Assembly (NCBI GenBank): GCA_964404195.1
Contig: CAYOJC010000007.1
Location: 16,772 to 80,771, forward strand
Direction: 5' to 3'
Source of the DNA: an uncultured Syntrophobacteraceae bacterium
GTDB taxonomy: Bacteria > Desulfobacterota > Binatia > UBA9968
DNA length: 64,000 nt
The position numbers and the translations under genes are program-made. How positions within the stretch are numbered: the first letter of the stretch is position 1; each line of letters opens with the position of its first letter. Below, one piece after another: positions 18,073 to 25,179 of the stretch. The notes beneath the pieces were generated by a model. It did not search any database. It was given only the letters and a program-made list of their open reading frames with translations, and had not been told where the DNA came from.

Positions 18073-19011
18073 GTGAATCCTCTTACGTTGACAGGGTTTC
18101 AGGGGCGTCATACGATGCTTCGAGCCATGGGAGAAAACAATTCGATGTCGTCGATCGATGACGCGCGCGTGGACGATGCTGCGGCGCTGGACGGCGCCGC
18201 AAGCGCTTCAATGGTCGGCTCCGCGCGCAAGCCAAAGGCTCACGTCACTCTGTATAACAATTTTCTCCGGATCGCCTCGATCCTCACGTTGCTGTTTATC
18301 TGGTGGCTGCTCAGCCTGATTTTTCCGCCGACGTTGGTGCCGAAGCCGTGGGACACGTTTGCCGAGGTGGGCGCGATCGTCAACTCGGGAGATCTTTTCG
18401 TCGAGATGAGCAACACGCTGCGCCGCGTCCTGATCGGATTCGCCCTGGCGATGATCGTCAGCACTCCGCTCGGGATTTTCATGGGGACGCTCCGCAGCCT
18501 GGAAAGTTTTTTCGAGCCGCCGGTGATTTTGGGCCTCACGATGCCGGGCCTCATCTGGGCCGTGCTCGCGATCATGTTTTTCGGTTTGACGGAGATAAGC
18601 GCGTACGCGGCGGTCGCGATTACGATTCTGCCCATGCTCACGATCAGCATCTGGCAGGGAAGCAAATCGATCGACAAAGATTTGATCGACATGAGCACGG
18701 TCTTCCACGCCGGCCCGTGGTCGAAGGTCGTGGACGTTATATTGCCTCAGCTCGTCTCGCACATCCTGGCGGCGATCCGCTACGGCCTCGGGCTCGCCTG
18801 GAAAGTGGTCGTCGTCGTCGAGATGTTCGGCTTCAGCAACGGCGTCGGCTATCGAGTGGTCCGCGGCTTCAACACCTTTTCGATGAAGGCCGTGCTCGCC
18901 TGGACGATTACGTTTCTCGTCGTCATGGTCGTGATCGAGTTCGGCATGATCGGCTGGCTCGAGAAGAGCGTCACGCGCTGGCGCCCGCGCGTCGAGGCGT
19001 GGAGGCGGTAG
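18073..19011 (+). CDS. ABC transporter permease (NitT/TauT family)
   Basis: Multi-TM protein with a binding-protein-dependent transport signature region (...STVFHAGPWSKVVDVILPQL...). The start is uncertain (GTG 18073 or ATG 18115). Confidence 0.85.
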   Translation: MNPLTLTGFQGRHTMLRAMGENNSMSSIDDARVDDAAALDGAASASMVGSARKPKAHVTLYNNFLRIASILTLLFIWWLLSLIFPPTLVPKPWDTFAEVGAIVNSGDLFVEMSNTLRRVLIGFALAMIVSTPLGIFMGTLRSLESFFEPPVILGLTMPGLIWAVLAIMFFGLTEISAYAAVAITILPMLTISIWQGSKSIDKDLIDMSTVFHAGPWSKVVDVILPQLVSHILAAIRYGLGLAWKVVVVVEMFGFSNGVGYRVVRGFNTFSMKAVLAWTITFLVVMVVIEFGMIGWLEKSVTRWRPRVEAWRR

Positions 19012-19022
19012 TGGCGCTCGTC

Positions 19023-19116
19023 GCAGTTCAAAATGAAAATTGCAAAGTTTAAAAGGCAAATTTTGGCCCGCGCCCCTCTTCCATTTTGCATTTTGCATTT
19101 TGCATTTTGCATTGGG
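19023..19116. repeat. GCAAAAT-heptamer hairpin element (copy 1, reverse orientation)
   Basis: ATTTTGC x4 in perfect tandem at 19083-19110 faces a degenerate complementary arm at 19023-19066. Its reverse complement is homologous to 54320-54418. Confidence 0.8.
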
Positions 19117-19142
19117 TGGGAGCCTGAAGGCGGGAGGAGATA

Positions 19143-19919
19143 GTGGCCTACGTCAGCGTTAATCGCGCGGTGAAGTATTTTTCGCGCGAAGACGGCTCGG
19201 AGATGCTGGTGCTGAACGGCGTCTCGTTCGAAGCCAGAGAGCACGGCATTACCGCGCTGCTGGGGCCGTCGGGCTGCGGCAAGTCCACGCTGCTCAACGC
19301 CATCGCCGGGCTGGAGAAATTGGATGGCGGCGAAATCGAGTTTCGAAAGGCGCACGAGGGCTCGAAGGCGCGCGACCCGAGACTGGGTTATGTCTTCCAA
19401 GACCCGCGGCTCCTCAACTGGAAGCGCGTGGAGGGGAATCTTACCTTCGCGCTGAAAGGCATGAAGATTCCTCGCAACGAGTGGGAGCGGCGTCTGGTTA
19501 AATATCTCGACCTGGTCGGCCTCGGCGAATTTCGCCGGCAGTACCCGCTCTATCTTTCCGGCGGCATGCGCCAACGCGTCGACCTCACGCGGGCTCTCGC
19601 CGTCGAGCCGGAACTGCTCTTAATGGACGAGCCTTTCAGCAAGCTCGACCAGTTGACCTCCCGCAAGCTGCGCCAGGACGCGGTCGCGATCTGCGCGCGC
19701 CTCGAGCAGACCGCGATTCTCGTCACGCACGACGTGGAGGAGGCGGCTTATATGGGCGACCGGATCGTGATCTTCTCCGCCCGCCCCGCGCGTATCGTCG
19801 AGGTCGTGGACAATCCGCTGGCGCTCGCCGAGCGCGACTTCGACGATCTGAAGTTCATTCAATTCAAGAACAAGCTGTTGAATACCGTGCTGAAACTCGT
19901 GGATCAGGAGGGAACATGA
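19143..19919 (+). CDS. ABC transporter ATP-binding protein (NitT/TauT family)
   Basis: Walker A GPSGCGKST, signature LSGGMRQR, Walker B LLLMDEPFS. GTG start. Confidence 0.92.
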   Translation: MAYVSVNRAVKYFSREDGSEMLVLNGVSFEAREHGITALLGPSGCGKSTLLNAIAGLEKLDGGEIEFRKAHEGSKARDPRLGYVFQDPRLLNWKRVEGNLTFALKGMKIPRNEWERRLVKYLDLVGLGEFRRQYPLYLSGGMRQRVDLTRALAVEPELLLMDEPFSKLDQLTSRKLRQDAVAICARLEQTAILVTHDVEEAAYMGDRIVIFSARPARIVEVVDNPLALAERDFDDLKFIQFKNKLLNTVLKLVDQEGT

Positions 19920-20935
19920 AGAAGGCATTAGGCAACAGGCAACAGGCAATAGCAAAAACAATCTGTGCGGTCGCTTGCGTTGTCGTCGCGATGATTGCGC
20001 TGGTGACAGGCAAACAAATCAATGCCGCGGAGTTGCCGACGATCGAGGTCGGGTTGCCGGACGACGGGCTGTTCGGTTTGGGCGGCCAATATATTTTGGA
20101 CAAAGGACTCGACAAAAAGAATGGCTTCGTGATGAAGCCGCGCTGGGCCGGCGTGCCGGAGATTCAGCGGCTGCTCGGCATCAAAGCGATTTCCGTCGGG
20201 CTGATGACGCCGGAAGCCGGTCTCCGCGCGAACGTCGCCGGTGTTCCGATACGCCTCCTGCAGCCGTACCAGACGAGCCATATGTATGTCCTGGTGCGAA
20301 AGGATTCTCCGTATAACTCGGTGGAAGATCTCAAAGGCAAACCGGTTGCGCTCACTTCGGAAGTCACGACGCTCTACAACCTTTTCGACTTCATGATGCG
20401 GAAGCGCGGCATGAACGTCGAAAAAGATTTTCAACTCAAGAAACTCGCCGCTCCGGTGATCATCGCGGTTTTGGAAAAAGGCGATGTGGAAGCCGGCCTT
20501 CTCTGGGAAGCGCACATCTCGCGTCTGCTCACGAGTGGAAAATACAAAACGATCCTGGGCTTTCGCGACGAGCTGTCGCGCCTGCTCAACGTCAAGGTCA
20601 TGCCGGTGGTCTGGCTCGCCGGTCTCGAACCATGGGTGAAAGAAAACGCGGCGCTCGTCCCCAAGCTGCGCGCCGCGTGGACCGAAGCGTATCGCGGGCT
20701 GCAGAACGACGAAGCGCATTTCAAAAAATACGCCAAGCAGTTCTTCGGACTGGAGAAACCCGAGGAGCTGGCCGCCGCCTGGCCGCGCACCAAAATATTT
20801 TTGCTTCCATCTGATTTTACCTGGCCCGAGGCGGCCACGCTGAAAGCGCAAAAGAGCTGGCTCCGAGAAGGCGTCGAGATGGGAATGTTTCCCAAAGAGG
20901 CAGAGAGTTTGATCGACGGGATGTACGCGCCGTAG
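19916..20935 (+). CDS. ABC transporter substrate-binding protein (NMT1-like)
   Basis: Signal peptide. ATGA start/stop overlap with the ATPase gene. NMT1/SsuA-like length and composition. Codons 4-13 are encoded by a GGCAACA heptamer tract. Confidence 0.8.
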   Translation: MKKALGNRQQAIAKTICAVACVVVAMIALVTGKQINAAELPTIEVGLPDDGLFGLGGQYILDKGLDKKNGFVMKPRWAGVPEIQRLLGIKAISVGLMTPEAGLRANVAGVPIRLLQPYQTSHMYVLVRKDSPYNSVEDLKGKPVALTSEVTTLYNLFDFMMRKRGMNVEKDFQLKKLAAPVIIAVLEKGDVEAGLLWEAHISRLLTSGKYKTILGFRDELSRLLNVKVMPVVWLAGLEPWVKENAALVPKLRAAWTEAYRGLQNDEAHFKKYAKQFFGLEKPEELAAAWPRTKIFLLPSDFTWPEAATLKAQKSWLREGVEMGMFPKEAESLIDGMYAP

Positions 20936-20992
20936 AGCGGCAGCGTGAACGATTAAGTGCTCTAACGGAAAAAGAATGGCGAGAGACTCGCT

Positions 20993-21616
20993 ATGAACTG
21001 CTCATCCAGTCGCAATCTCTTGCTCCTTATTTTCTGCTGCACTTTTCTCTCATGTATAGGGTGTGGAGCCTTGACGGAGATCAGCATCACGGACACGCAG
21101 TTCAAGAGTTCGATTATCGCAACGAACGACGAGGAAGATTTCAGAGGATTTTTCTTCGACTCTTCGGACGTGCTGATACCGCGTGATTACCTGGCCGATA
21201 CGTGGGAGAATCACGTCGGCAGCTCGATTCGAATCGTGGAAGGAAAGCATCGGGTCCTCTTCATAGATCTGTTCAAAAATCCGGTGCCGGGCATGATCGA
21301 CGAGGAGTTCGGCTATAAGCTGTTAATTCAATTCTCTCCCGACTCGGACAAAGACGCGATTTATTTTTCGGACTCATCGGATAGCAGCACGGCGATTGCC
21401 CATTACTTCCACTTCGGCCCGGGTTCCGTTCACTGCTGGTGGACCCAGCCGGTGGGTAAAATCGATTTGCGGAGGACCTCTTCAGATACGCTCGATGGGG
21501 AATTGAACCTGACTTTCCTTGCTGAATCTTCCACGAAACTGTGCCAGGGCCGTTCCGTCTCATTTCGCGGCAAGTTCTCTGTGCCAAAGCGAAGCGATAG
21601 GAAGCTCTTCCGGTGA
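20993..21616 (+). CDS. Hypothetical lipoprotein
   Basis: The N-terminus LLLLIFCCTFLSCIGCG is lipobox-like. It lies in a low-G+C region and I recognise no family. Confidence 0.55.
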   Translation: MNCSSSRNLLLLIFCCTFLSCIGCGALTEISITDTQFKSSIIATNDEEDFRGFFFDSSDVLIPRDYLADTWENHVGSSIRIVEGKHRVLFIDLFKNPVPGMIDEEFGYKLLIQFSPDSDKDAIYFSDSSDSSTAIAHYFHFGPGSVHCWWTQPVGKIDLRRTSSDTLDGELNLTFLAESSTKLCQGRSVSFRGKFSVPKRSDRKLFR

Positions 21617-21694
21617 GCAAATGTTGAACCTACCATCTGTCCCGACGGCTGCTACGATGAAAGTACAGAAGTTTTTGAGCAATAAAATTAACGG

Positions 21695-22123
21695 ATGAAC
21701 GATCGAGTGATAGAGCCGGACGGGAGCCAGGACTTTGGGCCGTGCGAGTGCTGCGGCGACAACAGCCGCACCGTCTGGGGATTGGTTCACCGAGATAACT
21801 GCACGGAGGCTGCTTACTTCGTACACTGGTCGCTCGGCAAGGTCGCCGACAAGGGCGCGTATATCGACCTCATCCTTGGGCCCTGGGGTGAGGGAACCGA
21901 CCGAGCCGATCGGTACGCAGTCTCGCTGGAATTTCGCCAGGGATTCGGAGTCAAAATTATTGATGCCAGCGTACGAAATATTGCGCGTCATAGCATGGTG
22001 GGGCGAGGGCTGGTGCGAGAGGACGTCGTTATGACGCCACTGGCTCAGGAAGTCTTTGAGATCCTGGATTTCATCTGGGTACAGGATGGGCGCATCGCAG
22101 AAGTGACGGGAGAAGTCCCTTAA
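21695..22123 (+). CDS. Hypothetical protein with N-terminal CxCC motif
   Basis: 142-aa ORF (GPCECCGDNSRTVWG...). The antisense ORF 21560..22237 was judged less protein-like. Confidence 0.5.
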   Translation: MNDRVIEPDGSQDFGPCECCGDNSRTVWGLVHRDNCTEAAYFVHWSLGKVADKGAYIDLILGPWGEGTDRADRYAVSLEFRQGFGVKIIDASVRNIARHSMVGRGLVREDVVMTPLAQEVFEILDFIWVQDGRIAEVTGEVP

Positions 22124-22191
22124 CTTTGTGAGCATATTATCAAGATTCAAGACTTGATTCTGAAAGACTTGTGGGCTAACCGAGTCGAAAC

Positions 22192-23217
22192 ATGCGATAC
22201 GACGAAAACGATATTGATTTCTCAACGCTTGATCCATCGGTCTTCGAAGAACTGTGCTTTGATCTTTTAATCCGTTTGGGGTTTCAAGAACTCCAGTGGC
22301 GCCGGGCAGGTGCGGACAGTGGTCGCGACATTGAAGGCAAATGGCTGGTTCAGTTGCCTATTATCGGTGCCTCTCAAGAGACTTGGGCTATCGAGTGTAA
22401 GCACTATTCTCGTGGCGTTCCGCCCGATGCTTTGTCATCAAAGTTTTCCTGGGCCGACGCAGAAAGACCAGATCGTCTGCTGATATTTGTGAGCTCGCAT
22501 TTGACGAACGGTGCAAGAGACTGGCTCTCGAAACGTAAGAAGCAGGTGTCTTACCGGGTGCACGTTGTCGAAGGCAAGACGCTCCGCCAGCAACTGATCG
22601 CTTACGATGAGTTGGTTGAGCGCTACTTTGGCGGCCGATACGCCCGTCTATTAAGTCAGGCATTTGAGTCGTGGGCTCTTCATGGACTCATTCCATCCCT
22701 CGAGACACTTGGCATCTTGCTAAACCACATAGACCCAACGAAGCTAACGATCGACGAGGTCGCATTCCTATGGTGTGTTCGGCTCTTCAGGAAGGACGAA
22801 ATCCATAGTTGGGAGGAGGGCGAAGAAAAGACTTTTCCGGGAAGCGTTCTTTTAGATCAGTTAAGTGCAAGTACGAACATGTGCGCGAGCGTAATCGATC
22901 CATACCACAGCGTGATCTTTCATGGGACTTCAATATCGAGCACGGGGCGTCTCACCGAGGATGAGAGCAAGCAGGACCATTCCTATTTCGCGGAGATCCT
23001 GGTAGACCGCGGCCAAGGCCCACGGATTGCACTGTACGCTTATCATGCCTCCGGCACTGGGAGTGGCTGCGAAGTTCTTGTAGTCGCTGGTGCACGTCCA
23101 GAGGCATCAGTACGTTATCTGCAAACCAACGCCTACGTAGCATTCAGGCAGACTGAAGCGCTTATGTTGGAGCGGTATTCTGCAAGATCTCGACGAACTG
23201 ATGTCCGAGAAACGTAA
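22192..23217 (+). CDS. Mrr-like PD-(D/E)xK restriction-endonuclease-domain protein with an unknown C-terminal half
   Basis: FEELCFDLLIRLGF...GADSGRDIEG...WAIECKHY matches Mrr_cat-type D...ExK architecture. I do not recognise the ~190 C-terminal residues. Confidence 0.65.
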   Translation: MRYDENDIDFSTLDPSVFEELCFDLLIRLGFQELQWRRAGADSGRDIEGKWLVQLPIIGASQETWAIECKHYSRGVPPDALSSKFSWADAERPDRLLIFVSSHLTNGARDWLSKRKKQVSYRVHVVEGKTLRQQLIAYDELVERYFGGRYARLLSQAFESWALHGLIPSLETLGILLNHIDPTKLTIDEVAFLWCVRLFRKDEIHSWEEGEEKTFPGSVLLDQLSASTNMCASVIDPYHSVIFHGTSISSTGRLTEDESKQDHSYFAEILVDRGQGPRIALYAYHASGTGSGCEVLVVAGARPEASVRYLQTNAYVAFRQTEALMLERYSARSRRTDVRET

Positions 23218-23310
23218 ATGGGGACAGAGAACATGAAGGAGGACTTTACTGATCATTTGCGCTTCAGCCTGTCACCATAAGCGTCCTTGTCTGAGTCTGA
23301 GTGTCGGAGC

Positions 23311-23502
23311 CTATTTTGGCAGAAAATCTTCCAACCTAACCGTCTCCCAACCCATCGGCTTCAATCTTTCGAACGGCATGCGCGCTTCTTTGCCGGCGCA
23401 CAGCGGCGGCGTGGTCGCGTCGATAATCACCTTGCCGCCGACGCGGTGCCAGTACTGTCCGCCGGGAGGGATGGGCTCGTCGCCGGTCGGGTCTATCGGA
23501 TG
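23311..23502 (-). pseudogene. Displaced 3' fragment (63 codons plus TAG) of the UbiD paralog 3 gene, copy C
   Basis: My translation gives HPIDPTGDEPIPPGGQYWHRVGGKVIIDATTPPLCAGKEARMPFERLKPMGWETVRLEDFLPK*. The intact gene ends ...HPMDPTGDEPIPPGGQYWHRVGGKVIIDATKPPLCAGKEARLPFERLKPMGWETVRLEDFLPK*. Confidence 0.85.
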
Positions 23503-23575
23503 GGCCGAAGAAAATGTACCGGGAGTCTTTTCTGCTCCCGCTTATCCCGCGCGCCATTAGACGCCTTAACTCACT

Positions 23576-23589
23576 TCATGTATACATGA
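23576..23589. promoter_or_regulatory. Perfect 14-bp palindrome, candidate TA operator
   Basis: TCATGTATACATGA lies 4 nt upstream of the GTG start of the DUF4258 gene. Confidence 0.4.
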
Positions 23590-23592
23590 GTT

Positions 23593-23934
23593 GTGGCCGA
23601 GCGTAAGCTCCCGGACGATCCTACATCATTCATCCGTGACTGCCTTCACGGTGGCCGGATTTTGTGGACGTACCATGTCAACATGCGCTTGGGACGGAGG
23701 TTCATCGCCCGCGAGACGATTATCTTGGCCGCCGACAGCTACGAAATTGTCGAGGCCTACCCGGAGGACAAATACTTTCCGAGTTATCTGCTCCTTGGCC
23801 GACAGGGCGAGGAGACGTTTCATGTGCTGTTTGGAGCCGATGTAGATGGTCAGAACGTTCGACTTGTCACGGCATATTATCCCAGCCCCGAGGAGTGGGA
23901 AATCGATTTGAAAACACGAAGGAGGTCCTCATGA
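23593..23934 (+). CDS. DUF4258-domain toxin-like protein
   Basis: ILWTYHVNMRLGRRFIARETI...IVEAYPEDKYFPSYLLLG....ETFHVLF......VRLVTAYYP matches the DUF4258 pattern as I recall it. Confidence 0.75.
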   Translation: MAERKLPDDPTSFIRDCLHGGRILWTYHVNMRLGRRFIARETIILAADSYEIVEAYPEDKYFPSYLLLGRQGEETFHVLFGADVDGQNVRLVTAYYPSPEEWEIDLKTRRRSS

Positions 23935-24152
23935 AGTGCACGGTTTGTGGCGCCGGTATGAATCGGATCAAGACCGACCTGCCGTTTAAGTTGTCGGAAG
24001 ACCGCATTGTCATCTTCAAGCAACTGCCGGTCTTGCAGTGTAAAGCGTGCCGCGAATATCTGATTGAGGATGCTGTTATGGCGCGCATCGACACTTTGCT
24101 TAGGCAGGCAGACAGTACGGCTGAACTCGAAGTGATCCGCTACGCCGCGTGA
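23931..24152 (+). CDS. YgiT-type zinc-finger (MqsA-family) antitoxin-like protein
   Basis: MKCTVCG...VLQCKACREYLI gives two CxxC pairs. ATGA overlap with the DUF4258 gene. Confidence 0.75.
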   Translation: MKCTVCGAGMNRIKTDLPFKLSEDRIVIFKQLPVLQCKACREYLIEDAVMARIDTLLRQADSTAELEVIRYAA

Positions 24153-24158
24153 GAGCCC

Positions 24159-24313
24159 TCACTTCGGCAAAAAATCTTCCAACCTCACCGTCTCCCACCC
24201 CATCGGCTTTAATCGCTCGAACGGCAGACGCGCTTCTTTGCCGGCGCAGAGAGGCGGCTTGGTCGCATCGATGATTACTTTGCCGCCGACGCGATGCCAG
24301 TACGGTCCGCCGG
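24159..24313 (-). pseudogene. Displaced 3' fragment (about 50 codons plus TGA) of the UbiD paralog 3 gene, copy B
   Basis: It encodes ...GGPYWHRVGGKVIIDATKPPLCAGKEARLPFERLKPMGWETVRLEDFLPK*, identical to the intact gene end except for one residue at the junction. ORF 24159..24485 is a chimera of this fragment with unrelated sequence. Confidence 0.85.
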
Positions 24314-24357
24314 AGCTTTTTCTTGCTAAATGGGGTTTTGCCAGGCACAATCGCGGC

Positions 24358-24549
24358 ATGACAAAAATGTCGCGAGTTCCGTCCAGGAAGGCTGAGTCAC
24401 GTTTCTCGGATGGACTTAGACCCGAGTACAAGAGGTCGGACTTCGGTGAGATAGTTCGCGGACAATACGCGCGACGCGTAAGCAAAGCGACAAACGTTAT
24501 CGTCCTTGATCCGAAAATGGCAAAGGCGTTTCCGAACGAGGGAAGATGA
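24358..24549 (+). CDS. Small antitoxin-like ORF (uncertain)
   Basis: 63 aa. EYKRSDFGEIVRGQYARRV...NVIVLDPKMAKAFPNE resembles a motif I associate with small TA antitoxins. It appears C-terminally short. Confidence 0.35.
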   Translation: MTKMSRVPSRKAESRFSDGLRPEYKRSDFGEIVRGQYARRVSKATNVIVLDPKMAKAFPNEGR

Positions 24550-24654
24550 TAAGGGAACAGTCCCTTTTTCAGCCTTCTACAGTCTGGTCAGGCGTGCGAT
24601 GAGCACCGAGGTCTGCTATACTTACGAGTAGCTCTGGAGCATCGGAGGTGTGAA

Positions 24655-24876
24655 ATGAGCAAGATCATAGAAGCAGTTTTCGACGGAAAGGTACTTCGTC
24701 CCAAAGACGCACTCACGCTTGAGCCGAATACTCGCGTGCGGATTACAATCGAACCCGTAGAGCCAATTGCCAAAGGGGACGTTTCATTTCTGGATACCGC
24801 CCTATCACTGAAGTTGGATGGCCCGCACGATTGGGCGGTGAAAATTGGGCGCTCATGTGACTGTCCACGACTATGA
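24655..24876 (+). CDS. DUF104 (AF2212-like) antitoxin-family protein
   Basis: MSKIIEAVFDGKVLRPKDALTLEPNTRVRITIEP is the typical DUF104 N-terminal beta-domain. Confidence 0.6.
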   Translation: MSKIIEAVFDGKVLRPKDALTLEPNTRVRITIEPVEPIAKGDVSFLDTALSLKLDGPHDWAVKIGRSCDCPRL

Positions 24877-24921
24877 TCCCGAAATATATGAACCGGATCA
24901 CAGGACAAGGAGAAAAACAAA

Positions 24922-25152
24922 ATGAAATGCGTGTTTTGTAAGCAGGGCAAGACCCACCCTCAGAAAGTGACGGTCGAGCGTCACAACCAGGCTGGTGAGC
25001 CGATTGCGGTCATCCATAACTTTCCTGCCGAGGTTTGCGAGGTCTGTGGGGAAGAATACTATTCAGCGAAGGACTGGCAGAAAGCCGAGCGCTTGCTTGC
25101 CAAGTCTCCTATCAAGGTGACTAGAGTGCCGGTCTATGAGCTGCATCCGTAA
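24922..25152 (+). CDS. YgiT-type zinc-finger protein (MqsA-like, no HTH)
   Basis: MKCVFCKQG...AEVCEVCGEEYY gives two CxxC pairs. 76 aa. Confidence 0.7.
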   Translation: MKCVFCKQGKTHPQKVTVERHNQAGEPIAVIHNFPAEVCEVCGEEYYSAKDWQKAERLLAKSPIKVTRVPVYELHP

Positions 25153-25179
25153 GAAAACGGTCTAGCGCTACCCTCACCC

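Noticed and set aside
19081-19113. Tandem short repeats (ATTTTGC x4, and the GGCAGTA and TCCAAAA tracts) considered as a possible CRISPR array.
   Set aside because: The repeat unit is 7 nt with no spacers, and there are no cas genes. These are microsatellite-like hairpin arms, not CRISPR.
21560-22237. A 225-aa minus-strand ORF across the islet.
   Set aside because: It overlaps the ends of three plus-strand ORFs and has no motifs. The plus-strand 142-aa ORF has a more protein-like composition. I am only moderately confident in this rejection.
24159-24485. A 108-aa ORF that could be read as a small gene.
   Set aside because: Its C-terminal ~50 residues are the duplicated UbiD gene end, and the N-terminal part is unrelated cassette DNA read in frame. 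I interpret it as a chimeric remnant, not a gene.
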